64,000 nt of DNA, taken from contig JBGCEP010000045.1 of assembly GCA_045106415.1 (NCBI GenBank), positions 1 through 64,000 of the forward strand. Reading direction: 5' to 3'. The notes below the pieces were generated by a model. It was not told the origin of the DNA and ran no database searches. It saw only the letters and a list, made by a program, of their open reading frames with translations. Position 1 is the first letter of the stretch. Each line of letters starts with the position of its first letter. Below are positions 9,088 to 19,870 of the stretch, one piece after another. The position numbers and the translations under genes were made by a program. The DNA is from Oligoflexales bacterium (GTDB taxonomy: Bacteria > Bdellovibrionota_B > Oligoflexia > Oligoflexales > Bog-1112).

Positions 9088-10334
9088 AGAAAACCTTCGT
9101 CGTCAAACTCCATGTCTTCAAGGCTGTTAAGATTGTCTTCAAATTGTTCGATGTTTTCAATATTACCGCTTTTAGACTGTTGGAGCAGTTTTTTTACAAC
9201 GTTGAGATTGTGCTTAGCTGTTGCAAAAGTGGGGTCTAAGGAGACAGACTCTTCGAAAGCTTTGCAAGCTTTATCGAGTTCTCCACCTTTGATGTAACCA
9301 ATTCCAAGGTTGCATAGGACTTTTGACTTGGGAATAGGCTCTTCCGCTAGGCAATATAAACTCGCTTGATAGAGATTATAAGCACGGCCGTATTCACAAT
9401 TGCTGATGCAAATAATTGCAGCGTGGTTGAAGACAGAGGCTTTTTCTCGGCCTGTCGGAATTCTTTTTAAAACACCAAGGGTTTTGTTAAACTCTTCAGC
9501 CATGTGACGAGCCTCTTTTTCCCCGTTGATTAGAACTTTATTTGTGGAGTCGATACTGAGTGCTCTTTTGTATGCGCCGTGAGCTTCATTAAACTCTCCT
9601 TGCTTTAAGAGGGCTTGACCAAGATCGTGAAGCCTTTTTGAGTTCCAGGGGTTTAAAAGATCTGCTTTTTTTAGACTTTCTAAACCGTCAGCGCCTTTAC
9701 CATTGTGGATAAGGCAGCGACCTAGAAGGTAATTCCCTCTTGGATCTTCTGGGAAATTTGACTGAAGTGAGCGTGCTGTTTGTTCTGCGTCATCCCACAG
9801 GTTGACTTGAATTTGTGCATTTACAAGGCTAGAAAGCACAGCAGGGTGTGGGGGAATGCTGCTGTGTAAGCTTTGAAGGCGTGAAATTGCCTCACGGTGC
9901 TGCCCCATTTGCTGGAGTAGGGATGATTCTCGAATTTTTGCTTGAATTTCAATGTTGCCTTCTTTTTGTTTTTGATTCGTAATGGCATCTAAGTGCTCGT
10001 GCAAAGTTTCCATTGAAATAGGCTCATGATAGAGGCGTGTCACATTCATTTCTAGGCTGAGAGCGGATATTTCATGGGTGAGCTCTTGAGATATGAGAAG
10101 GATAGGTCGTGTGGAGGTTGGTGTTTCTCCTTGGGCAGCCTCTAAGACTTGAGCTGACTCTGGAGGAACCCAGTCTAGAAGAAGAAGAGCCTGGTCGTGT
10201 GCTTCAAGCAAAAGTAGGCACTCTTTCAGTTCTGAAGGAGCTACCACTCTTTCAACGCCTGCTTGGCGAGTCGCGTGGCGAAGTTTTGTTCTATACTTTG
10301 GTGACTTGAGAAAGATGATGGCAAGGTCAATCAC
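9084..10334 (-). CDS. Receiver-like domain + TPR repeat protein
   Basis: N-terminal LLLLDW ... PILLIS receiver-like pattern; TPR motifs (NLGIGY...A...F...LDP). Confidence 0.75.
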   Translation of the reverse strand: MIDLAIIFLKSPKYRTKLRHATRQAGVERVVAPSELKECLLLLEAHDQALLLLDWVPPESAQVLEAAQGETPTSTRPILLISQELTHEISALSLEMNVTRLYHEPISMETLHEHLDAITNQKQKEGNIEIQAKIRESSLLQQMGQHREAISRLQSLHSSIPPHPAVLSSLVNAQIQVNLWDDAEQTARSLQSNFPEDPRGNYLLGRCLIHNGKGADGLESLKKADLLNPWNSKRLHDLGQALLKQGEFNEAHGAYKRALSIDSTNKVLINGEKEARHMAEEFNKTLGVLKRIPTGREKASVFNHAAIICISNCEYGRAYNLYQASLYCLAEEPIPKSKVLCNLGIGYIKGGELDKACKAFEESVSLDPTFATAKHNLNVVKKLLQQSKSGNIENIEQFEDNLNSLEDMEFDDEGFL

Positions 10335-10416
10335 TCAGCACTCCATGTTGTCTGCTTTTGCATCGCTGTCTTCTATTTTACGACATTTCAGAAAAAGCTT
10401 GGAATGAGCGCTTGTT

Positions 10417-11544
10417 CTAACCTTGGCGGTGATTGCGAAGTTTACTTAAGCGCTCTCGTTCGATAGCAACAATCAAACCGCAGGCAATACATATTGTTAA
10501 TAGAGAAGACCCTCCGTATGAGAAAAAAGGGAGAGGCATCCCTACAACTGGAAATAAACCTAAAACCATAAGGACGTTGATCACAAATTCAGAAAAGATC
10601 AAAGCAGCTAGACCTACAGTGAGAAGAGAGTTGAAAATATCTTTTGCGTTCTTAGCTACATCCAACATTAAAAGTATCAGAGCGGCGAAAAGGGCAAATA
10701 CAAAAGTCCCGCCCATGAACCCGTGTTCTTCGGAGAAGGCTGCAAAGATAAAGTCGGTGTGGCGAGCCGGTAGAAACTGAAGCTGTGTTTGTGTTCCTTG
10801 AAGGTAGCCTTTACCACTGAGACCCCCAGAACCAATGGCGACAAGAGATTGTAAGGAGCTGTAACCAGAACCACTAGGGTCTCTTTGGGGGTCAAGTAAA
10901 TTAAGAATGCGTATTTTTTGGTAGGGCATGAGTAAAAACATCCAGCCAATAATCATAGTGCCGATGCCACCTATGAACATGCGGAAAAGCATCTGTCGCG
11001 TAAGGTGTACTCTGAGCATGGCGACCTGTGCAGCTACAACCATAAGGCAAATACCTGCTGTGCCAAAATCAGGTTGTTTAAAAATCAGTATGAACACCAT
11101 CATTGAGAGGAAAATAGCAGGACTTAAATCACTTAAACGAAAAGTATGAAGATTTTTATTGTCTTGGAAAAAACGTGCAGTGGCAATCACAAGGGTTATC
11201 TTTGCAAATTCGGAAGGTTGAATTTTGATGAAGCCTAGGGATAGCCAACGTTGAGCTCCCCCAGCCGTGTGACCAAGGCATAGGACTGCAAATAAACATA
11301 GGATGGTGATGATGTAACTAAAGTAAGCGTACTCGCTTAACTTTTGTACAGGAAGAAGCCAGCCTAGGCCAAAAAATACAACAGTCCCAAGAATGGCTCG
11401 TTTAAGCTGTGCATCAAACAGTCCTGCCTCAGATCCTGTTGAGTAGAGGTTGGCAAGGGCGATGGCCATAAGTAGTAAGAAAACAACCGTGATACTCAAG
11501 AGGTTAGAATGAATCTTAGGGTGAATGTGGTTTGTTGTCATCAC
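10417..11544 (-). CDS. rodA: Rod shape-determining protein RodA (SEDS)
   Basis: GAQRWL, IQPSEFAK, QPDFGTA, HTDFIF, PFFSYGGSS; follows PBP2. Confidence 0.96.
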   Translation of the reverse strand: MMTTNHIHPKIHSNLLSITVVFLLLMAIALANLYSTGSEAGLFDAQLKRAILGTVVFFGLGWLLPVQKLSEYAYFSYIITILCLFAVLCLGHTAGGAQRWLSLGFIKIQPSEFAKITLVIATARFFQDNKNLHTFRLSDLSPAIFLSMMVFILIFKQPDFGTAGICLMVVAAQVAMLRVHLTRQMLFRMFIGGIGTMIIGWMFLLMPYQKIRILNLLDPQRDPSGSGYSSLQSLVAIGSGGLSGKGYLQGTQTQLQFLPARHTDFIFAAFSEEHGFMGGTFVFALFAALILLMLDVAKNAKDIFNSLLTVGLAALIFSEFVINVLMVLGLFPVVGMPLPFFSYGGSSLLTICIACGLIVAIERERLSKLRNHRQG

Positions 11545-13445
11545 AGCCTCTTCGAGTGAATGTGAGGGTGGGTGTTGGCATGCAGTCCTTGTGGGTTTTT
11601 TTGAGGGAGGGCGAAGAAGCCTTTAAAGATTTCTTTGGCAATAGGAGCTGCAACTTTTCCCCCACCACCTTTGGGATCATTTTCACTGATGACAATGAGG
11701 GCGATTTGAGGATTCTCCGCCGGAGCATATCCAGCAAAAACAGCATGTTCTTGCCATTTCATTGAAATTTTCTCTGTGCGGTGGCGGGTTTTTTTCAGGT
11801 TTACAACCTGAACGGAGCCTGTCTTGCCTGCAATTTTAATATGATCCAGTGCGGCCCGGCGCCCAGTCCCTCTAGGGTGCGAGATAACTTCTTCTAGAGA
11901 TTGTTGAATGAGCCGCATGTGCTTTGGTTTTACGGATAATTGAGTTAGGAGTTCAGGCTTGTGTTCTAATAGGGTTTGACCTACGTGATCATGAGCGTGC
12001 TTTAAAAGGGTTGGTTTCCAGACTTTGCCGCCGTTGCCTAGAGCTGCGTAGAGGTTTGCCATTTGAAGGGGAGTAAGGAGGTTGCTGCCTTGGCCAATCG
12101 CTAAGTTAGGGGTTTCGCCAATTGCAACGCGGACGCGTTTTGATTGGCTATCTGGAATCAAACCTGGACGTTCATTGTTTAGTTGGATGCCAAGCCGCTC
12201 TCCTAAGCCAAAACCTCTTGCGTATTGAGCGATTCGATCCATCCCGAGCTCAACTCCGATGTGGTAAAAGAAGACGTCGCAAGAACCTCTCATGGCCTTA
12301 AGTAGGTTAGTGACTCCGTGCCCACTTCTTCTATGGCAGTGAAATTTATCACGGCCTAATGTAAAAGATCCATTGCAGTGAAAGTTAGTTTTATCTGTAA
12401 TGATTCCTTCCTCTAAAGCTGCAAGAGCAACAATAGGTTTATAGATACTTCCTGGGGGGAATTCACCGCCAGTGGTCTTGTCAAAAAGTGGTTTGAAAGG
12501 GTCGGCGAGGAGTGAGTTCCATTTATCTATACTTAAGCTATCTTGATACATTGTTGGGTCAAAGCTTGGAGAGCTTAGCATTGCAAGAATTTCACCGTTT
12601 TGAGGATCGATAGCTACAACGGCACCATATTTGCCTTGGAAAGCAGTGAGGACTGTTTTTTGTAAACGTAAATCAAGCGTCAGGGTGAGGTCTGCTCCAG
12701 GGGTTGCTGGCTCCTCTGGAAGGTTGAAAAATGCTGGAACTGAATTGGTTTGTCGCCCAAAAGCATCAACCTGGACGAGTTGAGTCCCTCTTTTTCCTCG
12801 GAGGTAGTGCTCCCAGGTGGATTCTAAGCCTTGTTTTCCAATGAGATCACCTGGGCGATAGGGGTCTTTTAACTTTAGGTCCTCTGAGCGGTCTAAATCT
12901 TTGCGTGACACTTCTCCTAGGTAGCCAATCATATGAGGAGGCGCATAAGGGTGGTAGTCACGTCGAGGTACGATGTTGACTTCAACCCCAGGTAGTAAAA
13001 ACTTGTTCGATTCAATGAGAGAGACTTCGTGAATGGAAAGATTGCGCTTTAATGTAATGGGCAGAAATTCTGGTCGGCCATGCCCAGCAACGACCATTCT
13101 TCTAAATGATGACATGGGAACATGTAAAAGTTGTGAGAGAGCCTTGAGAGTTTCTTCTGTTTTTTTGACATACTGTGGAATATAGACAAGCTCAAAGAAA
13201 GGACGGTTCCCTAAAATAACTTCACCGTTTCTGTCGTATACCATGCCTCTTGGCGCAGGGATTTCAACGCGTCGAACACGGTTGGTTTCGGATATTCTTT
13301 GATATTGCTCACCTTTGTAAACTTGTACAAACCATAGTCGTAAAATGAGCCCGGATACGACAAGCAGACAAAAAAAACTTGCTAAAAAAAAGCGACCCTC
13401 AATAAGAGGGCTGTTTGAAGAATGGTGTGAATCACCGATATTCAA
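11541..13445 (-). CDS. mrdA: Penicillin-binding protein 2
   Basis: APRG dimerisation motif, PGSIYK (SxxK), SCD, KTG; in mre operon. Confidence 0.96.
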   Translation of the reverse strand: MNIGDSHHSSNSPLIEGRFFLASFFCLLVVSGLILRLWFVQVYKGEQYQRISETNRVRRVEIPAPRGMVYDRNGEVILGNRPFFELVYIPQYVKKTEETLKALSQLLHVPMSSFRRMVVAGHGRPEFLPITLKRNLSIHEVSLIESNKFLLPGVEVNIVPRRDYHPYAPPHMIGYLGEVSRKDLDRSEDLKLKDPYRPGDLIGKQGLESTWEHYLRGKRGTQLVQVDAFGRQTNSVPAFFNLPEEPATPGADLTLTLDLRLQKTVLTAFQGKYGAVVAIDPQNGEILAMLSSPSFDPTMYQDSLSIDKWNSLLADPFKPLFDKTTGGEFPPGSIYKPIVALAALEEGIITDKTNFHCNGSFTLGRDKFHCHRRSGHGVTNLLKAMRGSCDVFFYHIGVELGMDRIAQYARGFGLGERLGIQLNNERPGLIPDSQSKRVRVAIGETPNLAIGQGSNLLTPLQMANLYAALGNGGKVWKPTLLKHAHDHVGQTLLEHKPELLTQLSVKPKHMRLIQQSLEEVISHPRGTGRRAALDHIKIAGKTGSVQVVNLKKTRHRTEKISMKWQEHAVFAGYAPAENPQIALIVISENDPKGGGGKVAAPIAKEIFKGFFALPQKNPQGLHANTHPHIHSKRL

Positions 13446-13995
13446 GAGCTTCCCCTCCGCGAGATATTGTATAACGGGCTAAAATAAGACCAAAAATGAG
13501 GCCTGTTATTAGACGTGTCGTCCACGCAGTCAGTGCAGTGATAAGGTTTTCGTAAGACGGAGTGAGAGCAGAAAGAGTGAAGCTTTCAGCACTTAGAAAC
13601 CATAAGTAGCCACAAAGAATAACAATGCTCCATGGGAAGGTGTATTTCCAAGAGATGTGATCACGCAGAGCAATAACAACACACACTAAAGTTGTTAGAG
13701 TTAAAAAGTAAAGCCCTCTGGGTGAGCTTGAGTGTGTTTCTAAAAAAGAAGCTGTGAGCAATGTCCAGGTGATTGCTGAGCTGGGGGTGTGAGTCACACC
13801 TAAAAAAATGATCCATGCAGGTACTGTTTCTAGAGGGATATGTGGAAAAAAAGAAGGGAAGATACTAAATTGCATGAGAAGAAGGCTTAAAAGTACGCAA
13901 AACGTCTGCCAGGAACCCTGAAAAGGAAGGGTGGCTGGTTTTTGCCACCTTGGGCAAGGAGATGTTGTGGATAGGTGTGCTTCATGCTTATTCAT
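13432..13995 (-). CDS. mreD: Probable MreD (divergent membrane protein)
   Basis: Multi-TM protein between mreC and mrdA; call rests mainly on synteny. Confidence 0.65.
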   Translation of the reverse strand: MNKHEAHLSTTSPCPRWQKPATLPFQGSWQTFCVLLSLLLMQFSIFPSFFPHIPLETVPAWIIFLGVTHTPSSAITWTLLTASFLETHSSSPRGLYFLTLTTLVCVVIALRDHISWKYTFPWSIVILCGYLWFLSAESFTLSALTPSYENLITALTAWTTRLITGLIFGLILARYTISRGGEALEYR

Positions 13996-14858
13996 AGTTT
14001 TCCTGTGATCCTATGAATCCATTCTCGGTTGTTGGCTTCAATTATGTTTTCAACCTGTGGGTCTGCAGCTTTAAGGATTAAAAGTTCTTCGAGAGCTTCA
14101 GGGTTGACCCATGGTTCAATTGTAATCATTTGAGAGACATTGTCGGATTCATAACTGATTTTGATGACTCGACCGACGGGTAGGCCTTTTGGGAAAGCTC
14201 CGACCAGGCCTGAGGTTATGATTGTGTCGCCAATGCGAACTTCAGACCGGCGATGAAGTAGGAGGCGGCAGCGATTTTGAGAGATGCCTTTGAGGACGCC
14301 ACGTGTGCGTGTTCTTTCAATGAGAACGTCGAGGTAAAAATTATTATCATCGAGCAATAAAATGTCAGAGTGGTAAAGCCCTGTGCGTAGGACTTTGCCT
14401 ACGATGCCTTGTGGTGTTGTTGCTGGCATGCCAACATCAAGACTATCTTGAGAACCTCTTGATATTCTTAAAGATAGAAAAGGGGTGTTTCGAGAGTGGT
14501 TGACCACTTCTGCTGGAAGAGCTTCTGATGTTTGCCGTTGTGTGAAATTGAGTAATTTTCGTAATCGATTTGCTTCTTGTTCTTGGTGGCTGTAATCCAT
14601 CATCGCAGCCTCAAGGTCGCGGATCTTGTTTTTAAGGTCTGTATTTTCTTCTGCTGCTTTTGACAGGTGGACGTAGTGATGAATTGAGCTTTTAACCCAA
14701 CTTGAAGTGCTGTGCCACAAGCGTTCCATAGGGTAAAGAAACTCTTGTACACCACCCATCACTGGTTCGACAGTCCATGGTTGCATGGATGACGAAAACA
14801 GGATGAGTGGAAGAGTGAAGGCAGCACATAAAGATATGATCTTGAGCCGTGGACTCAT
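13992..14858 (-). CDS. mreC: Rod shape-determining protein MreC
   Basis: TM, coiled coil, GIVGKV, GDTIITSG...FPKGLPVG. Confidence 0.95.
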   Translation of the reverse strand: MSPRLKIISLCAAFTLPLILFSSSMQPWTVEPVMGGVQEFLYPMERLWHSTSSWVKSSIHHYVHLSKAAEENTDLKNKIRDLEAAMMDYSHQEQEANRLRKLLNFTQRQTSEALPAEVVNHSRNTPFLSLRISRGSQDSLDVGMPATTPQGIVGKVLRTGLYHSDILLLDDNNFYLDVLIERTRTRGVLKGISQNRCRLLLHRRSEVRIGDTIITSGLVGAFPKGLPVGRVIKISYESDNVSQMITIEPWVNPEALEELLILKAADPQVENIIEANNREWIHRITGKL

Positions 14859-14881
14859 TTCACCACCTAATCGCTAAAGAG

Positions 14882-14907
14882 CTTCAGCAGAACCTTGTCT
14901 GCTGAAG
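14882..14907. other. Intergenic stem-loop between mreB and mreC
   Basis: CTTCAGCAGA-accttg-TCTGCTGAAG perfect 10-bp stem. Confidence 0.6.
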
Positions 14908-14911
14908 TCTG

Positions 14912-15961
<1,050 letters not shown>

Positions 15962-16241
15962 TCACCTTCGTGAGTTTGATTATTATGGCAGGACAGGGCT
16001 TGATGCTCCGAACCCGAGCCAGTAAAAGAAATAACAATGAAGGCCACCACAATACAAGTAGAATCATCGTTAAACTTAAGATCTTTGTTCTTTTTTGTAA
16101 ACTTTTTGTGATGTCAATGTTTCAAATTGCTTTGGATCCATGTTTCTGTGGGAAAATTTTGAATTTGGGTCGCCTCGTTATGCAGCGTATGCTAGATATA
16201 GTCATATGTATGTCCGAGATGATTAGAAAGTAGGCAATTGC

Positions 16242-17837
16242 ATGTATCGATTTAAAAGAACAACTTTAAAAAAAGGGAAAGTTGCCAACAGATTGACTGA
16301 GAATGCAGGTGTTTACACCATCCTTCTCGTCGCTTTGGGAGCTATGACTTTTATGGGTGTGTGTACTCCTCAGCAGCAAGTGCAAGGTCTGAGTGGTATT
16401 GCAGCAACTGTTGATGGGGAAGAAATTCATAAATCAGAATTTCGTCGATCTTATCAGACTATGCAAGATCGTTTAAGCTCGCGTTACGGAAGTGACTACA
16501 ACCCAGCTGAGCTGGGGGTGGCTCGAAGAACGCTTGAAGAACTGATTCGCCAAAGATTGCTTTATCAAGAAGCGGTGAAGCATGGTGTGGAAGCAACAGA
16601 AGATGATGCTGTCGGGCAGCTTGTTCGTTATGGTGTTTTTGATACAGAAGATGGTTTGTTGTCAGAAGATGATATTCAAGCTGCTCTTCTCCATAGAGGG
16701 TTTTCTGAAGCTTCTCTTGTTGAGACGGCGCAAAGAGAAATAACTTTGGGGCGGTTTGAAAACTTTTTGCGTTCTTTGTCATTTGTTTCGCAACAAGAAG
16801 CTGAACTGCAGTACCAACTTTCAAATGGCAAGGTCGAATTTGAGTACATTAAAATTGATCCTAAAATGGTTTTCATGTCTGTAGGCCAAGGTGAAGTGAA
16901 AGACTTCATGGAGCAAGAAGAGAATGAAGCTCGTATGAAAGGTTGGTTTGAAACGCATGAGGATGAATATTCTCAAGAAAAACAAGTTAAAGCGAGCCAT
17001 ATTTTAATTGCATATGAAGGTTCTCGTAGTGCAACCGCTGCTGCAAAAGGAAGAACTAAAGAAGAAGCTTTAAAGTTAGCCGAAAGCGTTCTTAAGAAAG
17101 CTAATAAGAAAAAATCGGACTTTGCGGCTCTAGCAAAAAAATATACAGATGATCCAAGCGGAAAAGATAAAGGTGGAGATCTTGGCTTTTTTACAAGTCA
17201 AGCAATGGTAAAGCCTTTTAGTGAAGCTGCTTTTGCGATGAACGTTGGTGATGTCAGTCAAGTTGTTGAGTCGCCATTTGGTTTTCATATTATCAAAGTG
17301 ACAGATAAAAAAGAGGCTGTTGAACAAAAATACGAAGATGCAGGTGTTAAGACAGGTATCGCGAAGAAAATGATTGAAGAACAAAAACGACCACAGATAG
17401 CAGCTGAGCGAGCAAAAGCTCTATTAGATGCTTTAATGGCAAGTGAAAAAATAGATACAGAGCTTAAAGATTGGAATTTAGGTTGGGCCAAACAAGAAGT
17501 TGGCCTTGAAGCTCGTTATGTTCCAAATCTTGGCACGGATCCAGATCTTTTAGAGGCGGTTAAAGGCTTGCATGAGGAAGCTCCGGTTCACCCTGGTGTG
17601 ATTGACACAGGGGACTCGCGTTTCGTTGTCCGACTTGTGAAAAGAAAAAATGCTGATATGTCAGGGTTTGCAGAGACCAAGGAAAGAACAATGGACTTGA
17701 ATCGTTATATGAAGGGGAATAGTTTTTATCAAAAGTTTGTTGAAGACAAACGTAAGGATTTAGATCTTCGTAAAGCGATTCATATGAATCCAGAATATTT
17801 ATTGCTGGATCAACAAGCTACAGATTTAAGCCACTAA
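16242..17837 (+). CDS. PpiD/SurA-type peptidyl-prolyl isomerase chaperone
   Basis: N-terminal TM, SurA_N-like region, parvulin motifs ASHILI, GGDLG, SPFGFHII. Confidence 0.9.
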   Translation: MYRFKRTTLKKGKVANRLTENAGVYTILLVALGAMTFMGVCTPQQQVQGLSGIAATVDGEEIHKSEFRRSYQTMQDRLSSRYGSDYNPAELGVARRTLEELIRQRLLYQEAVKHGVEATEDDAVGQLVRYGVFDTEDGLLSEDDIQAALLHRGFSEASLVETAQREITLGRFENFLRSLSFVSQQEAELQYQLSNGKVEFEYIKIDPKMVFMSVGQGEVKDFMEQEENEARMKGWFETHEDEYSQEKQVKASHILIAYEGSRSATAAAKGRTKEEALKLAESVLKKANKKKSDFAALAKKYTDDPSGKDKGGDLGFFTSQAMVKPFSEAAFAMNVGDVSQVVESPFGFHIIKVTDKKEAVEQKYEDAGVKTGIAKKMIEEQKRPQIAAERAKALLDALMASEKIDTELKDWNLGWAKQEVGLEARYVPNLGTDPDLLEAVKGLHEEAPVHPGVIDTGDSRFVVRLVKRKNADMSGFAETKERTMDLNRYMKGNSFYQKFVEDKRKDLDLRKAIHMNPEYLLLDQQATDLSH

Positions 17838-17841
17838 TGAG

Positions 17842-17874
17842 AAAAAGCTTCCTCAGTGAGGAAGCTTTTTTTTT
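17842..17874. terminator. Intrinsic terminator
   Basis: AAAAAGCTTCCTC-agt-GAGGAAGCTTTTTTTTT. Confidence 0.9.
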
Positions 17875-17902
17875 GTAAGTATCTCTTTTCAGGGGTGACG
17901 AT

Positions 17903-18781
17903 ATGGGTCTTAAAGTTTTGTTAACGCAAAAGTCAACAGGGTTAGATCGTCGTGGTGAATATGTACGAAAATGTGTTCAATCAGGTGGTCTTAATGCAGC
18001 AAACTTAGAGAGTCTTCAGCGGTCTCATGATGAGCATGTTGAAACATTTTCTGAGTTACAGGCTTTGCTTCATGAGGCGGGAGTTCATGTTGTCCGAGTC
18101 GGTGGTGGTCGTTATTGGCCTGATTCATCTGAATTTGATGCGGTGATTGCTGTTGGTGGTGATGGCACGGTTTTAGAGTCGAGTCATCATATTGATCAAT
18201 CAATGACTCCTTTAATAGGGGTCCGTTCCTCGGCTGGAAGTGTCGGTTATCTATGTGCTTATAGTGGTAAAAAAGAACTGCCTCTTATGATTCGTGATTT
18301 AGAAGCCAAATCCTTCTCCACTGTGCTTGTTGCGCGTATGCAGGCGCATGTTTTTCATGTGGATAAGCAACACCGAGTGACGACAAGTCCGACGTTGAAT
18401 GATTTCTTATTTTGTAATGCAAATCCAGCTGCAACATCTCGTTATAGAATGAAAGTTGGTGTGGAAGAAGAAAGTCATAAATCAAGTGGTGTGTGGCTTG
18501 CTGGTCCTGCTGGTAGCACAGCAGCGATTCACGCTGCAGGTGGAACCCCAGTAACTCTCGATAGTGGAAAGTTTCAATATCGAGTCCGTGAATTGATACA
18601 GTCGACATCACGCGACTTAAAATTAGGTTCGGGTTTTTTTGACCCTGAGCAAATCATGATTCAGAATGAATGCTCAAAAGCTGTGCTGGTTCCTGATGGT
18701 GTCATTGAACCGATTAAGTTAAGGTTTGGGGATCAGATTCAGTTTGAATTGGCTGAGTCTTTAAAACTTGTTGTGAGTTGA
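17903..18781 (+). CDS. nadK: NAD(+)/NADH kinase
   Basis: GGDGT, LND, SSG...GPAGSTA...AAGG motifs. Confidence 0.88.
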   Translation: MGLKVLLTQKSTGLDRRGEYVRKCVQSGGLNAANLESLQRSHDEHVETFSELQALLHEAGVHVVRVGGGRYWPDSSEFDAVIAVGGDGTVLESSHHIDQSMTPLIGVRSSAGSVGYLCAYSGKKELPLMIRDLEAKSFSTVLVARMQAHVFHVDKQHRVTTSPTLNDFLFCNANPAATSRYRMKVGVEEESHKSSGVWLAGPAGSTAAIHAAGGTPVTLDSGKFQYRVRELIQSTSRDLKLGSGFFDPEQIMIQNECSKAVLVPDGVIEPIKLRFGDQIQFELAESLKLVVS

Positions 18782-19269
18782 TGCCCGAGATTATTTTCAA
18801 TGTCCTTTGTATTTTGACTTTGAGTGTCAAGGCCTATGTACTTAGCGAATATTAAGATCTTTGACAATGATTTGATGTTTTTGTCTATGGTGAGTCTGAC
18901 ATTTCCGCTGTAATGAGCCTATCAAAATCTATCTACATTGGATATTTCTTGTACCATATTCTTGTTTCAACGAAGCCAGTTTCATTTCTCCTATACGGGA
19001 AAAGCTAGAGCTTTCCTCTCCACAAGCCGTGCAAATCACGACCTGATTCTTAAGATTTATCGCAGCCATGCTATATCATGGCTGACGTCTATTTATTCAT
19101 TGTTTTTAAAATATGGCATTAGATGATTTTACTTACGCATTAAGAGTTTTGAAAAGTTGATAAATCCACTTTTTAAAGCGATATTTGATATCTATGGGTG
19201 TGTAAATAAAGCTTTACCTTGCTATATCATAAACAACATCCAAAATTGGGCTACATTGACCTCTAAGAA

Positions 19270-19750
19270 TTCTTCTAATTCTTGTTTTGCCTCTGTGCCA
19301 CATTATACAAGATCTTTTTGTCTTTTTTTCTCAATATTTTCTAGAGATTATTTGCGTTTAATGTCACATCGGTTTTTGTATTTGAAATTTTTTTATTTGT
19401 GAAACCAATACGTTTTAAGTATTTACGAATGGTTGATGATGAAAGATCATCATCAATCTTTGGTTCATACCTTAAGGTTTCTATCAGGCTTTTCTTCTAT
19501 AAATCTTTGATACTTTTCTAGATCTTGAATTTTTCCAGATAGGTCTTTTTGGCCAAGATTCCGAGGATCCACTGCACCTTCCTTTTTCAATTTTTTTGCC
19601 AATTAAAGATTTTTTTCTTGGTAATCTCAAATATCTAACTAATGGAAGTAGCTGTGTATCCAGAGTCTAAAGCATTTATGACCCTCTCTTTTAAATCAAT
19701 AGAGTAAAGCTTCAGCGTATATATTTCTAATGAGATTTGGAGTGACGCAC
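19270..19750 (-). pseudogene. Decayed IS630-family transposase remnant
   Basis: Manual minus-strand translation: LYSIDLKERVINALDSG..., KKEGAVDP...KIQDLEKYQRFIEEKPD, TIRKYLKRIGFTNKK, with several stops and frameshifts; typical IS630 HTH-region motifs. Confidence 0.8.
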
Positions 19751-19870
19751 GGAAATTATTTTGAAAAATCAATCTCCTAGAGTGTTAGAGTAAATAGATC
19801 GAAGCGACGCTATATCCTTTACTGAAACATGAGTAGGTCGATGATTGATTGAGTTGGAGAGATTTATTTT

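Noticed and set aside
18938..19402. Two short plus-strand ORFs (62 and 81 aa)
   Set aside because: TTG starts, no motifs; one overlaps the decayed IS630 on the opposite strand.
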